Source: a virus. Taken from it: a stretch of DNA of 64,000 nucleotides. The first letter of the stretch is position 1, and each line of letters opens with the position of its first letter. Below are positions 9,974 through 20,235 of this stretch, piece by piece. The notes below the pieces were generated by a model. The model searched no databases and was not told the DNA's origin. It was given only the letters and a program-made list of their open reading frames with translations. The stretch is from the IMG/VR virus record IMGVR_UViG_3300028384_001071, positions 37,565 to 101,564 of that record; one strand, 5' to 3'. The position numbers and the translations under genes are program-made.

Positions 9974-10449
9974 TGCTTGATTTAATTGGTCAGTTTGAGA
10001 TCCAGCTTATCCGTAAGGATGAGCTGGTTTTCTCACGTACAATCAATAACGGCATTGCTACTGCCGGTAAGGACTATCTGCTGAACGCATGTTTTGGGCT
10101 AGTTACCCCAGCATCAACCTGGTACATTGGCTTGATCAACAATGCGGGATTCTCAACCTTAGCTCCATCTGACACGATGAGTAGTCATGCCGGTTGGTCT
10201 GAGTTGATTGATTATAACGAAGGTAGTCGCCAATTATGGACCCCGGTTTTTGCATTAGCGGGAACTATCACAGGTATCAGTACTGTTAGCTTTGACATAA
10301 ATGCCACAGTGGATGTTCGTGGTATGTTTCTTGCGAGTGACAGCTCGAAAAACGGTACTGCCGGTAGGTTATGGTCAACTGCTTCCTTTCCAGCCGAATC
10401 CTTGACCGCTACTGATGAGTTCCGTGTCAATTACACTCTGAATGCTTAA
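9970..10449 (+). CDS. Minor tail/virion protein (paralog of 9428-9973)
   Basis: NGIATAGKDYLLNACF...WYIGLIN...DTMSSHAGWSE. Confidence 0.6.
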   Translation: MMLDLIGQFEIQLIRKDELVFSRTINNGIATAGKDYLLNACFGLVTPASTWYIGLINNAGFSTLAPSDTMSSHAGWSELIDYNEGSRQLWTPVFALAGTITGISTVSFDINATVDVRGMFLASDSSKNGTAGRLWSTASFPAESLTATDEFRVNYTLNA

Positions 10450-10862
10450 TGGCTACTGTTACTGTTGACGTTTCCCAAGAACTCTCGTTGAGTCAATTAG
10501 GTGAAGGGTTTGGTTCTGGAACACTCATTTCACAATTAGACTTCCAACAAACTGCGGAAGTCAACAGAATCTCCAACATTAGTGTTTTGTCACAGCTTGT
10601 AATCATCGACTCTGGCTTGGTCCCAAGGCTTGTTCATGTCAACCAGCAGTTAGGTTTATCTGATAATGTTGTTCAACACGTGATAGATGTAAATCAATCA
10701 CTAAGCCTGGACGACTCTGTCTATATCGAAAGACGCATAGCACCTTCCAGCACACTCACCTTCACGTCCGGAATAGGACTCAACATTAATCAGAATCTCT
10801 CAGTCACATCGATGATCGACTTCCAACAGGTCGCGATTGGCTACTCAGAATACACTTGTTGA
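10449..10862 (+). CDS. Virion structural protein
   Basis: Repetitive S/Q-L-x-F/L-x-Q pattern; within the tail module. Confidence 0.45.
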   Translation: MATVTVDVSQELSLSQLGEGFGSGTLISQLDFQQTAEVNRISNISVLSQLVIIDSGLVPRLVHVNQQLGLSDNVVQHVIDVNQSLSLDDSVYIERRIAPSSTLTFTSGIGLNINQNLSVTSMIDFQQVAIGYSEYTC

Positions 10863-10871
10863 GGTGCAATC

Positions 10872-11933
10872 ATGGCATTAAGATGGATAGAGGGTTTCGA
10901 ACTGTTCGGAACCTCAACTGACATTGACACTACTCTGGGTTATAAGTACCCTTCCTTTATTAGCACAATTACCGACTATGACATATCGTCAGTCGTAAGA
11001 TATGCATCAGGGTCGGGCCAGTCACTTCTGGTCGAATCGATATCTGATTTCTACCTTGAGACCCCCACACTAAGTGCCCAGTCTCACTGGTTTATTGGAT
11101 TTGCATTCAATGTGTCCGACACTGAAAGTAGCTTTAAACCGGTGTTCAAGTTAGTAGACGAGAATGGTGATGTCCAAGTCCGTATCAATTGTGGTACTGG
11201 ATTAACCCCAGCATTCAACGTCTACAGAGGTGACAATACCTCATTACTCGGTACGACTCAAGTCTTCGCGCTCAGTGAATGGCATTATGCTGAATTTGAG
11301 ATTGTCATTGACAATTCAACGGGTATTGTCCGTAGTTGGTTGAATGGGGTTCAAGATCTCAATCTGACGGGCCTAGATACTCAACAGTCAGCAATCGCAA
11401 CGGCCGACAAGGGTCAAATGTGGTTAGGCTGGGGTGATACTAATTCTGATCTTTACCTTGACGATTGGTACATGTGTGACAACACAGGATCAACTAACAA
11501 CAGTCGTTTGGGTAACGTCCGAATTGAAGGACTCCTACCTGCCGGTGCTGGTAATTCAGCCCAATGGACTCCGGACTCAGGTAGCAATTACGACCGTGTG
11601 AATGAAGCCACTGCCGATGCAGATACTTCATATGTTGAGTCTCAGACTGTGTCCGAGAAAGACACATACACATTTGACAACCTCACTGATATTAATTCGA
11701 ACATCTTGGGAGTGCAAGTTTCAGCAATAGCTCGCTTGTCGGATACTGATGTAGCACCGGACTTCCGGACCGTCGCTCGAAGCAACGGCATTGAATCAAC
11801 AGGCAACACTCATACTCTGAACAGTACAACTTACTCTTGCAAGGCGGACGTATTTGAAACAGATCCGGATACCGGGTCCGCTTGGACAGACACTGCCGTG
11901 AATGCGGCTGAATTTGGTGTTGAAACCGTTTAG
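10872..11933 (+). CDS. Tail protein with lectin/LamG-like beta-sandwich
   Basis: MALRWIEGFE N-terminus; WHYAEFEIVI...VRSWLNG and YLDDWY motifs. Confidence 0.55.
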   Translation: MALRWIEGFELFGTSTDIDTTLGYKYPSFISTITDYDISSVVRYASGSGQSLLVESISDFYLETPTLSAQSHWFIGFAFNVSDTESSFKPVFKLVDENGDVQVRINCGTGLTPAFNVYRGDNTSLLGTTQVFALSEWHYAEFEIVIDNSTGIVRSWLNGVQDLNLTGLDTQQSAIATADKGQMWLGWGDTNSDLYLDDWYMCDNTGSTNNSRLGNVRIEGLLPAGAGNSAQWTPDSGSNYDRVNEATADADTSYVESQTVSEKDTYTFDNLTDINSNILGVQVSAIARLSDTDVAPDFRTVARSNGIESTGNTHTLNSTTYSCKADVFETDPDTGSAWTDTAVNAAEFGVETV

Positions 11934-11942
11934 GGGTGAATC

Positions 11943-14900
11943 ATGGCTAGAGTAACACAACTTGGTGCGGAAGTTCTAGCCACCGCTACTGCGGGTGCTG
12001 CCCGCGTCACGCAACTCGGTGCAGAAGTCCTTGCAAATCAACCAGCGACGGCTGCCCGCGTCACGCAACTCGGTGCAGAAGTCCTTGCAAATCAACCAGC
12101 GACGGCTGCCCGAATCACGCAACTCGGTGTTGAAGTTCTGGCATCAAGTACTTCGGTCGAAGTGTCGGGAGACATTGCAGCTACGACGCCCTCTGTTGTT
12201 CAAGCTTTGACTGGCAGCGTCGAAGTCCAAGGTGATATCACCCAGACAACACCATCAGCAACTCAGAAGGCATCGGGTTCAGAAGGAGCAATTGGGAACA
12301 TTGCTCAGACAACCCCATCAATAACACAATCAGCTACCAACGTCCCGAACGCACCAGTTCATGAAGATACTCAAAGCACGGATTATGCAACAGGTACTAG
12401 CCATACGGTAACGAAACCTACTGGAACTGTTGAGGGTGATCTACTTATCCTCACATTCCACGTGACAAACAACAGTTCCTCAACTAACACCGTACCTACT
12501 GGCTTTGTCCCGCTGTTCAACGGTCATGGTACTGCGAACTACAGATCTTCAGGTATCTATTGGAAGCTTGCTACCGATTCTGAACCTACTGATTACACCG
12601 TCACAACCAGCACTAGTGCTGCTGCGTTTGTGTCAATCTCTCGATTCTCTAACGTCGATCAAATCTGCCCTATCGGGCCTGTGAGAGCGTCATCCGCACA
12701 GACTACCGACTGGAATACGCCCGCACTGGATATCGATGGTGAGTGTATCGTTTACCGAGCCATACTGGTTAACGATAACACGACGATTACCGAAGATGCA
12801 GAAGTCACTGAACTAGCGACAGGTGTCACTTCTCTCGGGAGTGATGGTACGATTGGCGTAGGTATTGATAACGATACCTACTTTGATGGTGATACGACTC
12901 CGAGTCACGGTTGGACTTCATTTGGAAATGAAAATGGCAATGGCAATGGATTCTTAGTCAGTGCTGCAATCTACGGCACCGGTGAATCCGGAGCAGTCAC
13001 ACCTGTCCCGGTCATTGAATCGCAATCTGATCTTAATCAAGTAGTAACCACCACAGTTCAGGTCACTCCTCCGACGGGGATAGAACAGAATGATCTCATC
13101 CTATTCCTTCTGACGATCGCGGATGATGTCGACTTCAGCATTACCGGATTCACGACTCTTGCAGAAAGTTCCTTCGGTACTAGTACTGATCGCTACCAGA
13201 TCATGTACAAAATAGCAACCGATAGTGAGCCTGCAACTTACACACTGACTAATGTTCCCGGTTCTCAGTCTGAGTATGTAGGAACTATGCTCAGGATCTC
13301 AGGAGTCGACATCGTCTCTCCAATTGAAGATCACGTGTTAGACCCTGCTGTATCTGCCGTAGAGGATACGTACCCTTCAGTCACTTCGTCATCTGGTAGC
13401 TTGATCATTCGTGGTGAGTTTCACGATAATGACACCAGTGCATTGGCGACTTATATCAGACCTCAATCATCAACAACTGTGCATTTCGATGATGATAACT
13501 TTGGGGATGATTATGGAATCGTCGTCACTCAAGGTCCGGGTGTTGACTCTGGTACCGAGCCTGAGCGTTACTTATACACCAGCGACGGCGGTGTTCAAGA
13601 AGTACTCCCGTTCACGCTCTCACTCCGTCCATTAGCACCGGTAGTAGCTGGTGATATAATTCAAACCACTCCGAGTGTCACTCAGGAGGTGTTTGAAACA
13701 TCTCGTGAATCCGATGCTTCTCAAACTACCCCGAGTGTAACATCAGCAGCATCAGGGCAAGTCGGTTACTTCCCAGTATTCGAATCAGCAACAACATCAG
13801 GGCCAACATCAGGCACATCTTACGTAATTACAAAACCATCAGGTACTGTTGAAGGTGATCTACTCATCTTGACATTTACTGATAACGATCTCCTACAGAA
13901 CCTTTCTAGTGATGTCACAATACCATCTGGCTTCAATGTTGCAATTGATGACAGGTACGATTCTGAAAGGAACCGGTTTACTGCGTGGAAGTTAGCAACA
14001 GCTTCTGAGCCCACTGATTATACCATAACTGGGACAGTTTCTAAAGTAGGGATGGTAAGTCTGAGTCGATTTTCGAATGTCGATCAAAACGCACCTATTG
14101 GAGAAGTTCGAAGGTATACTGATGTTACTGCTAACAACACATCGGACCTCGATACGCCAGCATTGACTGCTGATGGTGATTGTCTAATCTTCCGTAGAGG
14201 ATTGATCGAAGCCTTTGATGATTCTATAGTGGCAGACTCAGGCGTCACAGAGATTGCCAACCTCAATACATCAGGAATCAGTGTATCTATGATCGCTGGT
14301 TACGATGATGTTGCTTATGTTTCAGGGACAGCAGTCCCGGCTCAAGGCTGGACTGCTAGTATTGCGGATGGTACTGACACTGCTACGTTAGCAATATATG
14401 GGCCAAATCAGTCGCGTGTCACAGTTCCTGTCCCTGTTGTCGAATCTCAGACGGATTTCGAGGAATTAGCAGCATCAAGCTTCACTGTCGATAAACCTAC
14501 GGGTACAGTCGAGAATGATCTGCTACTGATCGCAGGTATTGATGTTGATTCAGAGACGGCGTTGTCTGTTTCAGGATTCACAACAATCGGATCAGGTGAT
14601 GTTGATGGTTTCAGTTATTACCTCGCGTACAAGGTTGCTGGGGCTTCAGAGCCTGCAAGCTACACTGTTACTGCTAATAGTGTAGGTAGTTTCAGTGTAG
14701 GATCATTGTTCAGGATATCAGGGATTAATACGACAGATCCTATCGATGCGTCTGTGTTCAACCCAACGGTATTGACTCGAACTGACATTCCTTCACCAGC
14801 AATCACTACAACAGGTCGTGCCCTCATAATGAGAGGTTTGCTGGTTGATGACCTAGGCCCTGATGGAGTGGGTAATGTCAATGATTCAGGTGTCCAACTG

Positions 14901-16136
14901 TTTCGAGATAAGACTAACTCAGGGAATGGTAATGTAGGTAATATGTTCTTGTACGCTGCACCAGGGCCGGATACTGGTATTGCTAGTGAGAGAACATTTA
15001 CACCTTTTAGCTCAGGTTCGACAGGCGAATTCAACTACAAAGCGTTCACAATAGCTATCGCCGGTGGGGTAGTTGAACCTACTGGTGATATTTCCCAAAC
15101 AACACCATCGACAGTTCAAACCTTAACAGGTGAAGTAATTGTCGAAGGTGATATATCTCAGACAACTCCGCCAGCAACTCAGCAAGCAAATGCTGGTGCT
15201 AATGTTATTGATATCATCACCCCATCAGTAGTCCAATCTTTGACTGGAGGCTCTGATAGGTTAGGTGATATTGTCCAAACAACACCACCTATTACACAAG
15301 CCTTAATTAGTGAAGATGATGTAGTTGGTGACATTGGCCAGACCACATCGGGTGGATATACTCAATCTCTTATAGGGGCATCATACTCTCAAGCCGTAGT
15401 CACTCAGACTACGCCAATGGTTAGTCAATCTTTAACAGCAGGGATTGATGCCTTAGCAGTCGCGGGTAATGAGTTCGAGTTCACGCAGAATGCTCAGTTT
15501 GAACATGGGCGAGGATTTGTCAGTGATCTTGAGTTCACACAACTTGTGGAATTCAGCACTGAGACTAGCGATGCTCTAACCTCGACAGTGGTGTTTGAAC
15601 AGTCAGTACAAGCCACACGTCCGGTTCCGGATGGTGCTTGTCCGACCAAGTATTACTCACCAATTTCAACGACTCTGTCAGATGCAACTCTGAAAGGTTC
15701 TCGATTCCGTGTCACTAGCTCAGGCATTGCGTGTCCGGATGTTGTACCTATTCAGAACACTGTGTTCGGATATCCTTACGGAAGCCCAACCACAACTCTG
15801 ACTCTGTCGAATCCTGAATTCGGTAACGCTACGGTTCTTGAAGAATCAACGTCAATAGTCCGTCTACGAAACGGGAAGGTGACAGTATTCCGTGATCCGC
15901 AGTGGCCGTCGTACTTCAAACACTCGTATCAATTCAATCTTGGATGTCGTGATCCTTCGATTCAATCGATCCTAGACTTCCTTAAAGAAAGTCTTGGTCA
16001 AGAAATCCAGATCACAGATTACGAAGGTCGTCTATGGAAGAGTGTTATCACAAATCCGAATACTCCAGTCTCTCAACAACACACTAATCTGGTGGTGTTT
16101 GGGCTGGATGTTGAGGGAGAACTCATTGCATGGTGA
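11943..16136 (+). CDS. Large tail fibre/adhesin-like protein with internal repeats
   Basis: Thr/Ser-rich; N-terminal ARVTQLGAEVLA repeats; four PxGxxExDLxx modules; GDIxQTTP repeats. Confidence 0.7.
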   Translation: MARVTQLGAEVLATATAGAARVTQLGAEVLANQPATAARVTQLGAEVLANQPATAARITQLGVEVLASSTSVEVSGDIAATTPSVVQALTGSVEVQGDITQTTPSATQKASGSEGAIGNIAQTTPSITQSATNVPNAPVHEDTQSTDYATGTSHTVTKPTGTVEGDLLILTFHVTNNSSSTNTVPTGFVPLFNGHGTANYRSSGIYWKLATDSEPTDYTVTTSTSAAAFVSISRFSNVDQICPIGPVRASSAQTTDWNTPALDIDGECIVYRAILVNDNTTITEDAEVTELATGVTSLGSDGTIGVGIDNDTYFDGDTTPSHGWTSFGNENGNGNGFLVSAAIYGTGESGAVTPVPVIESQSDLNQVVTTTVQVTPPTGIEQNDLILFLLTIADDVDFSITGFTTLAESSFGTSTDRYQIMYKIATDSEPATYTLTNVPGSQSEYVGTMLRISGVDIVSPIEDHVLDPAVSAVEDTYPSVTSSSGSLIIRGEFHDNDTSALATYIRPQSSTTVHFDDDNFGDDYGIVVTQGPGVDSGTEPERYLYTSDGGVQEVLPFTLSLRPLAPVVAGDIIQTTPSVTQEVFETSRESDASQTTPSVTSAASGQVGYFPVFESATTSGPTSGTSYVITKPSGTVEGDLLILTFTDNDLLQNLSSDVTIPSGFNVAIDDRYDSERNRFTAWKLATASEPTDYTITGTVSKVGMVSLSRFSNVDQNAPIGEVRRYTDVTANNTSDLDTPALTADGDCLIFRRGLIEAFDDSIVADSGVTEIANLNTSGISVSMIAGYDDVAYVSGTAVPAQGWTASIADGTDTATLAIYGPNQSRVTVPVPVVESQTDFEELAASSFTVDKPTGTVENDLLLIAGIDVDSETALSVSGFTTIGSGDVDGFSYYLAYKVAGASEPASYTVTANSVGSFSVGSLFRISGINTTDPIDASVFNPTVLTRTDIPSPAITTTGRALIMRGLLVDDLGPDGVGNVNDSGVQLFRDKTNSGNGNVGNMFLYAAPGPDTGIASERTFTPFSSGSTGEFNYKAFTIAIAGGVVEPTGDISQTTPSTVQTLTGEVIVEGDISQTTPPATQQANAGANVIDIITPSVVQSLTGGSDRLGDIVQTTPPITQALISEDDVVGDIGQTTSGGYTQSLIGASYSQAVVTQTTPMVSQSLTAGIDALAVAGNEFEFTQNAQFEHGRGFVSDLEFTQLVEFSTETSDALTSTVVFEQSVQATRPVPDGACPTKYYSPISTTLSDATLKGSRFRVTSSGIACPDVVPIQNTVFGYPYGSPTTTLTLSNPEFGNATVLEESTSIVRLRNGKVTVFRDPQWPSYFKHSYQFNLGCRDPSIQSILDFLKESLGQEIQITDYEGRLWKSVITNPNTPVSQQHTNLVVFGLDVEGELIAW
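11997..12137 (+). repeat. 54-bp in-frame tandem repeat (2 identical copies plus degenerate flanks)
   Basis: 11997-12050 is identical to 12051-12104; a partial third copy follows. Confidence 0.9.
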
Positions 16137-16495
16137 TATTGCAAGCACCTGCCAGACTACCAGAAACCACGACGTTCCTAAAGAACCCAGAGTTCGGGGA
16201 CGCTCGTGGTTTGTCTGCATCTGTCAGCTTGAAGCGTGCTATGAACGGCACGGTCTACACTACTGTTAAGACAACAGGTGATGAGCGGTTAGAGTTGTCA
16301 TTCGAGAATGTCACAAGACAGAAGGCACTGGAAATCGAAGACTTCTACCGACTATACGCTGCCGAGGAAATTAGGCTGACGACTCACAACGGTGACGTCT
16401 ATGTCGGTAAGTTCATTGAAGGTATTGAGATCACGCCTGTCGGGCGTGGTGAGCATTGTCAGTTTCAGATCGTATTCGAAGGGACCAAGCAATGA
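16130..16495 (+). CDS. Distal tail-like protein
   Basis: LKNPEFGD...KRAMNGTVYT resembles the C-terminus of the preceding gene (LSNPEFGN...RLRNGKVTV). Confidence 0.5.
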   Translation: MVILQAPARLPETTTFLKNPEFGDARGLSASVSLKRAMNGTVYTTVKTTGDERLELSFENVTRQKALEIEDFYRLYAAEEIRLTTHNGDVYVGKFIEGIEITPVGRGEHCQFQIVFEGTKQ

Positions 16496-19400
16496 GAGAA
16501 TTGAACAGCACAGCACAGGCTGAGATTCTCAAGAAGCTCGGCACGGAACCAGTCAGTGTGATCGAAGTAGTCTGGAATGACACATCGACATTCTACGCTG
16601 ATAAGGATCTTGACTGGGCCGACGGTCGAATCAAGACCATCAGTTCATTGGACGAAGTCATCCGTTTGGAAACAGGAGGTACATCTAGTCAGATCGCTGT
16701 TGAGATCGTCGATACTGATGGTAGCTTCTTGGAACTCTTCAACAGTATCGACCTGCACAAGCGACCTTGCCGCGTCTATCAAGCGTACGAGGGATTAGCT
16801 AAGGAAGACATGTTCCTATTGTTGGAAGGTGAAGTCCTTACACCTATCCGATGGAACGAGGCAGACCGAACCTTCGGTTTTGAAATCGCGAACCAGTTGA
16901 TCAGTAACGAAGTCGGGTTCTCTCCAGAGTCAGGTCAATTGCCTGATACCGTAGACCCATTTGCAATTGGTAAGCCGTGGCCTTTGTGCTTTGGCAAGCC
17001 AGTACACGTGCCGGGTACTAAGATCGAGGAAGTGGCAGTCGGTTCGAATGCCACTTACTTCATGATCCCCGATCCTGCACTTTCAGTGAAGCAGATCGTC
17101 ATCCTGGGCAGGCTCAACGACATCGCCAACAACTGGGTATATATTCTAAGTCTGATACAATCTGAAGACCTGTTTGGGATTCAACCTCAAGAAGTCATCG
17201 CCAATTACACTTCAGTTATTGTCAATGAAGATACATTGAAACAGCAGCGTGAAGACTTACTGACCGAGATCAGGGACATTGAATCCGTAATCGATGACCT
17301 CAAGCAACTTCAACAAGAAGCGTTGACTCAGGAAGTCTCGGACGCTATTGGAGATCAGATCGCATCTGAGGAAAATCGACGTGATGCTCTGAAAGCACAA
17401 CTAGCAGCTATCCTTGAAAGCCTTACTGATGTTATTATCAGTAAGGCTTTCATTGAAGTTGATGTGGATGTTGCAGAATACGAGTATAACCTTGTAGGTC
17501 GGATGCGTCAATACCTTGAACGGTTGATAGGTGAATATCGTACCCTGATTGAAGAATACAACATCATAACCACCATCATCGATTCTGCGAATTCATCTAC
17601 TGTGGGCAGTTTCACAATGGTCAATTCTGAAAGATTCGAACAAGGCACTCTTGATTTGATTGTCAATGGTGTGCGGATGTCAGGTGTGTTATCTGGTAAT
17701 GAGTTCACAGTCTCTAAGATCCTACCAAACTACACAAACGTCGAGATCGCTGACCGCCCGAATCGTGACTCTTTCATAATCTCTGACACAACCATCAATC
17801 TGGAAGGTATGTATTGCCTGACAGATGATAGTCGAATCTTTCAAGTACGTGAGCAGATTGGTCAGACGTGCTACGTCGACCCTGTGTCATTGAAACGAAT
17901 TGATAATCGTCGCTCTAACAGTAATCTCCCGGACTTGAATAGGTTGAAAGATCTCGACCCGTTTACTTGGGGATTGCTTAACGATGCAAGTGAGAAGACT
18001 TCAGGAGAACGTCAGCAAATCCTTGAATCTTCAGTATTGCAAGGTGATGATGGGGAAGGCATCCGTGAACTTAAGAAGAAGATCGAGGGATTGTCAGAAC
18101 TAGCAGAGCAATCTGAAGACGAAGAAGTATTCAGAACTCTTCGAGATGCTATCTTCCGAAATATGCGACACTACAACTCACTTGTGAGTAATAGCCGCAT
18201 CCCAGAGAATGTACTTCAAGAAGCTAACGCTTTGATTTCACAGCAGGAGTTTGAGACACTCTTACGATTGGTGAATCTAGATGCAGTAGAAACGGAACGC
18301 CGTGGTACTCCTCTGGAAGCCGAGATCGATCTTGAACTCTACTACTTGACCGCTGATCAAATTGAGAATATCGTAGAAGTAGCTCCGATCATTCTTCCTG
18401 ATTGGATGACAGCATACACTGGTTATGCTGCGAACCCGTACTTCGGTTACGACGGCTCAACTGGTGGATTCTACAATCCGATCTACTACTTACCAAACAC
18501 CGGACATTGGATCGCTCAACCGGGATCATCGATTAAGGACAATTCCAACTTCCAAGAGAAGTTCGTCGCTAACATCCTTGAGTCAGAAGTCAAGACCGTA
18601 TACGCCTACCGAGGCGTTGAAGGTGTCAGACAACTGTTCCCTGTACCTTCAAGTTACTACGATGTAACATCACCTGAGAGCTTCGGTGAAATACTACTGG
18701 CTGATGAAACTACTACCCCTCTCAATGCCACTACCATCTCATTTAAGCGTCCTCTATCTGAGTACGTCGATGAAGGTTGGGAGGGCGATGACATATTCGT
18801 TACACTATCATCTAGTGTTGGTCAGAACGTTGTCGATGTTATTCGACACCTATTAACGACCTACAGCGATGTCACCATTGACGAAACATCCTTCGATACT
18901 GTTCACGGTCAAGTGGCAGCCTTCCCTGTCAACTTCGCAGTATTGGATCGTCCGGATGTACTGGACCTCGTAAGATCCATAGCCTTTCAGGCTCGCTGCG
19001 AAGTCCGGATAGTCAACAAGGTAGCAACGATGGTATATCTGCCGAAGCTACCGGTTCCAATTCGGACTTTCAATGAGACAGACATCGAGTTCCAAACGCT
19101 CGTCGTCGAGACAGTGGAAACCGAGGATATTGTCACGAAGTTCATAGCTCAGTGGAAACCACACTATGAGCAGCAAGTAGACAATCAAGAGATCGTCCGC
19201 TTCAACATTCGGAAGTACGGCGTTCAGGAAGAGTCGTATCCTTTCAACATCTACAATAATCAGGACTTAGTACAGCACGCCGCAACCTTCTGGTCCATGA
19301 GAAAGGCTAATGTGTGGAAGCGTCTGACATTCAAGACATTCCTCACTAACCTTGACCTTCAAACCGGCGATGCCATCACAATAAACCTGACAAGTGACTA

Positions 19401-20235
19401 CTTCGCTACTGAACCTGTCATTGCACTCGTTGACAAGATCACGTACGATTCCTCTGACCAGTCCATTACTCTTCGCGTTGACTTGCCCGTTCGTTTAGGT
19501 GAGACAACGACGTTCGAGCATTACTGGCCAGCCGACATCGAAACCATCTATCCGATCATCAATGATCAGGCGGCAGGATATGCGGGAGATCCGTTCCACT
19601 TCTACATCCGACAAGACTCACAGTTCAACATTACTCCAGGGCTGCCTATTGAGCCTTTTACGGATAGCAATCGTCCTCGTGATTATGGTGCTGTACGGAT
19701 CGACGATTCTGCGAACCTTGATACAGGTTCGATCTTTGATTCGGCATTGGCTCTCCCAACTAATGTGACCTTCCAAGGTTTGACAACGTCGAACACGGGC
19801 GGTAACGATATCTTCCGGGAGGTGGAGACTACGGAGCCTGCTGAATACCTAGGTTCACCTCCTAAACCCCAAGGCCGAGGTTCAACAACCCCTAGGGAGA
19901 CTCCTGAGAAATATCCTTCCTTCATCGGGACTGTTGAAGGTCACGCACAAACTGAAGGTGCGGACGAAGTCAAGTCCCGATTACAAGGTAATATCTCTGG
20001 GGATAAAGACGCCGACAACAATGTCAGCGATGGGGTGTCTTCGGTAGATTCTGTGATTGACGCGAAAGTGGCTGATCCCAAATACTACCGCGTAAGGCGG
20101 GAAGATGGTACTTCAGTGTTAGTCCGTCAGATGCAGATTCGCCAAGATTGTATCATTCCAAACGGAACTAAAGTGAACGTCAATTACAACACAAGCACGG
20201 GTGATTATGAAATGCAGGTGCCAGTATGGCTTTAA
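16492..20235 (+). CDS. Tail tip/baseplate hub protein
   Basis: About 1250 aa; GKPWPLCFGKPVHVPG motif; C-terminal LDLQTGDAITI...VDKITYD typical of phage tail hub proteins; ATG 16492 overlaps the upstream stop. Confidence 0.7.
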   Translation: MRELNSTAQAEILKKLGTEPVSVIEVVWNDTSTFYADKDLDWADGRIKTISSLDEVIRLETGGTSSQIAVEIVDTDGSFLELFNSIDLHKRPCRVYQAYEGLAKEDMFLLLEGEVLTPIRWNEADRTFGFEIANQLISNEVGFSPESGQLPDTVDPFAIGKPWPLCFGKPVHVPGTKIEEVAVGSNATYFMIPDPALSVKQIVILGRLNDIANNWVYILSLIQSEDLFGIQPQEVIANYTSVIVNEDTLKQQREDLLTEIRDIESVIDDLKQLQQEALTQEVSDAIGDQIASEENRRDALKAQLAAILESLTDVIISKAFIEVDVDVAEYEYNLVGRMRQYLERLIGEYRTLIEEYNIITTIIDSANSSTVGSFTMVNSERFEQGTLDLIVNGVRMSGVLSGNEFTVSKILPNYTNVEIADRPNRDSFIISDTTINLEGMYCLTDDSRIFQVREQIGQTCYVDPVSLKRIDNRRSNSNLPDLNRLKDLDPFTWGLLNDASEKTSGERQQILESSVLQGDDGEGIRELKKKIEGLSELAEQSEDEEVFRTLRDAIFRNMRHYNSLVSNSRIPENVLQEANALISQQEFETLLRLVNLDAVETERRGTPLEAEIDLELYYLTADQIENIVEVAPIILPDWMTAYTGYAANPYFGYDGSTGGFYNPIYYLPNTGHWIAQPGSSIKDNSNFQEKFVANILESEVKTVYAYRGVEGVRQLFPVPSSYYDVTSPESFGEILLADETTTPLNATTISFKRPLSEYVDEGWEGDDIFVTLSSSVGQNVVDVIRHLLTTYSDVTIDETSFDTVHGQVAAFPVNFAVLDRPDVLDLVRSIAFQARCEVRIVNKVATMVYLPKLPVPIRTFNETDIEFQTLVVETVETEDIVTKFIAQWKPHYEQQVDNQEIVRFNIRKYGVQEESYPFNIYNNQDLVQHAATFWSMRKANVWKRLTFKTFLTNLDLQTGDAITINLTSDYFATEPVIALVDKITYDSSDQSITLRVDLPVRLGETTTFEHYWPADIETIYPIINDQAAGYAGDPFHFYIRQDSQFNITPGLPIEPFTDSNRPRDYGAVRIDDSANLDTGSIFDSALALPTNVTFQGLTTSNTGGNDIFREVETTEPAEYLGSPPKPQGRGSTTPRETPEKYPSFIGTVEGHAQTEGADEVKSRLQGNISGDKDADNNVSDGVSSVDSVIDAKVADPKYYRVRREDGTSVLVRQMQIRQDCIIPNGTKVNVNYNTSTGDYEMQVPVWL

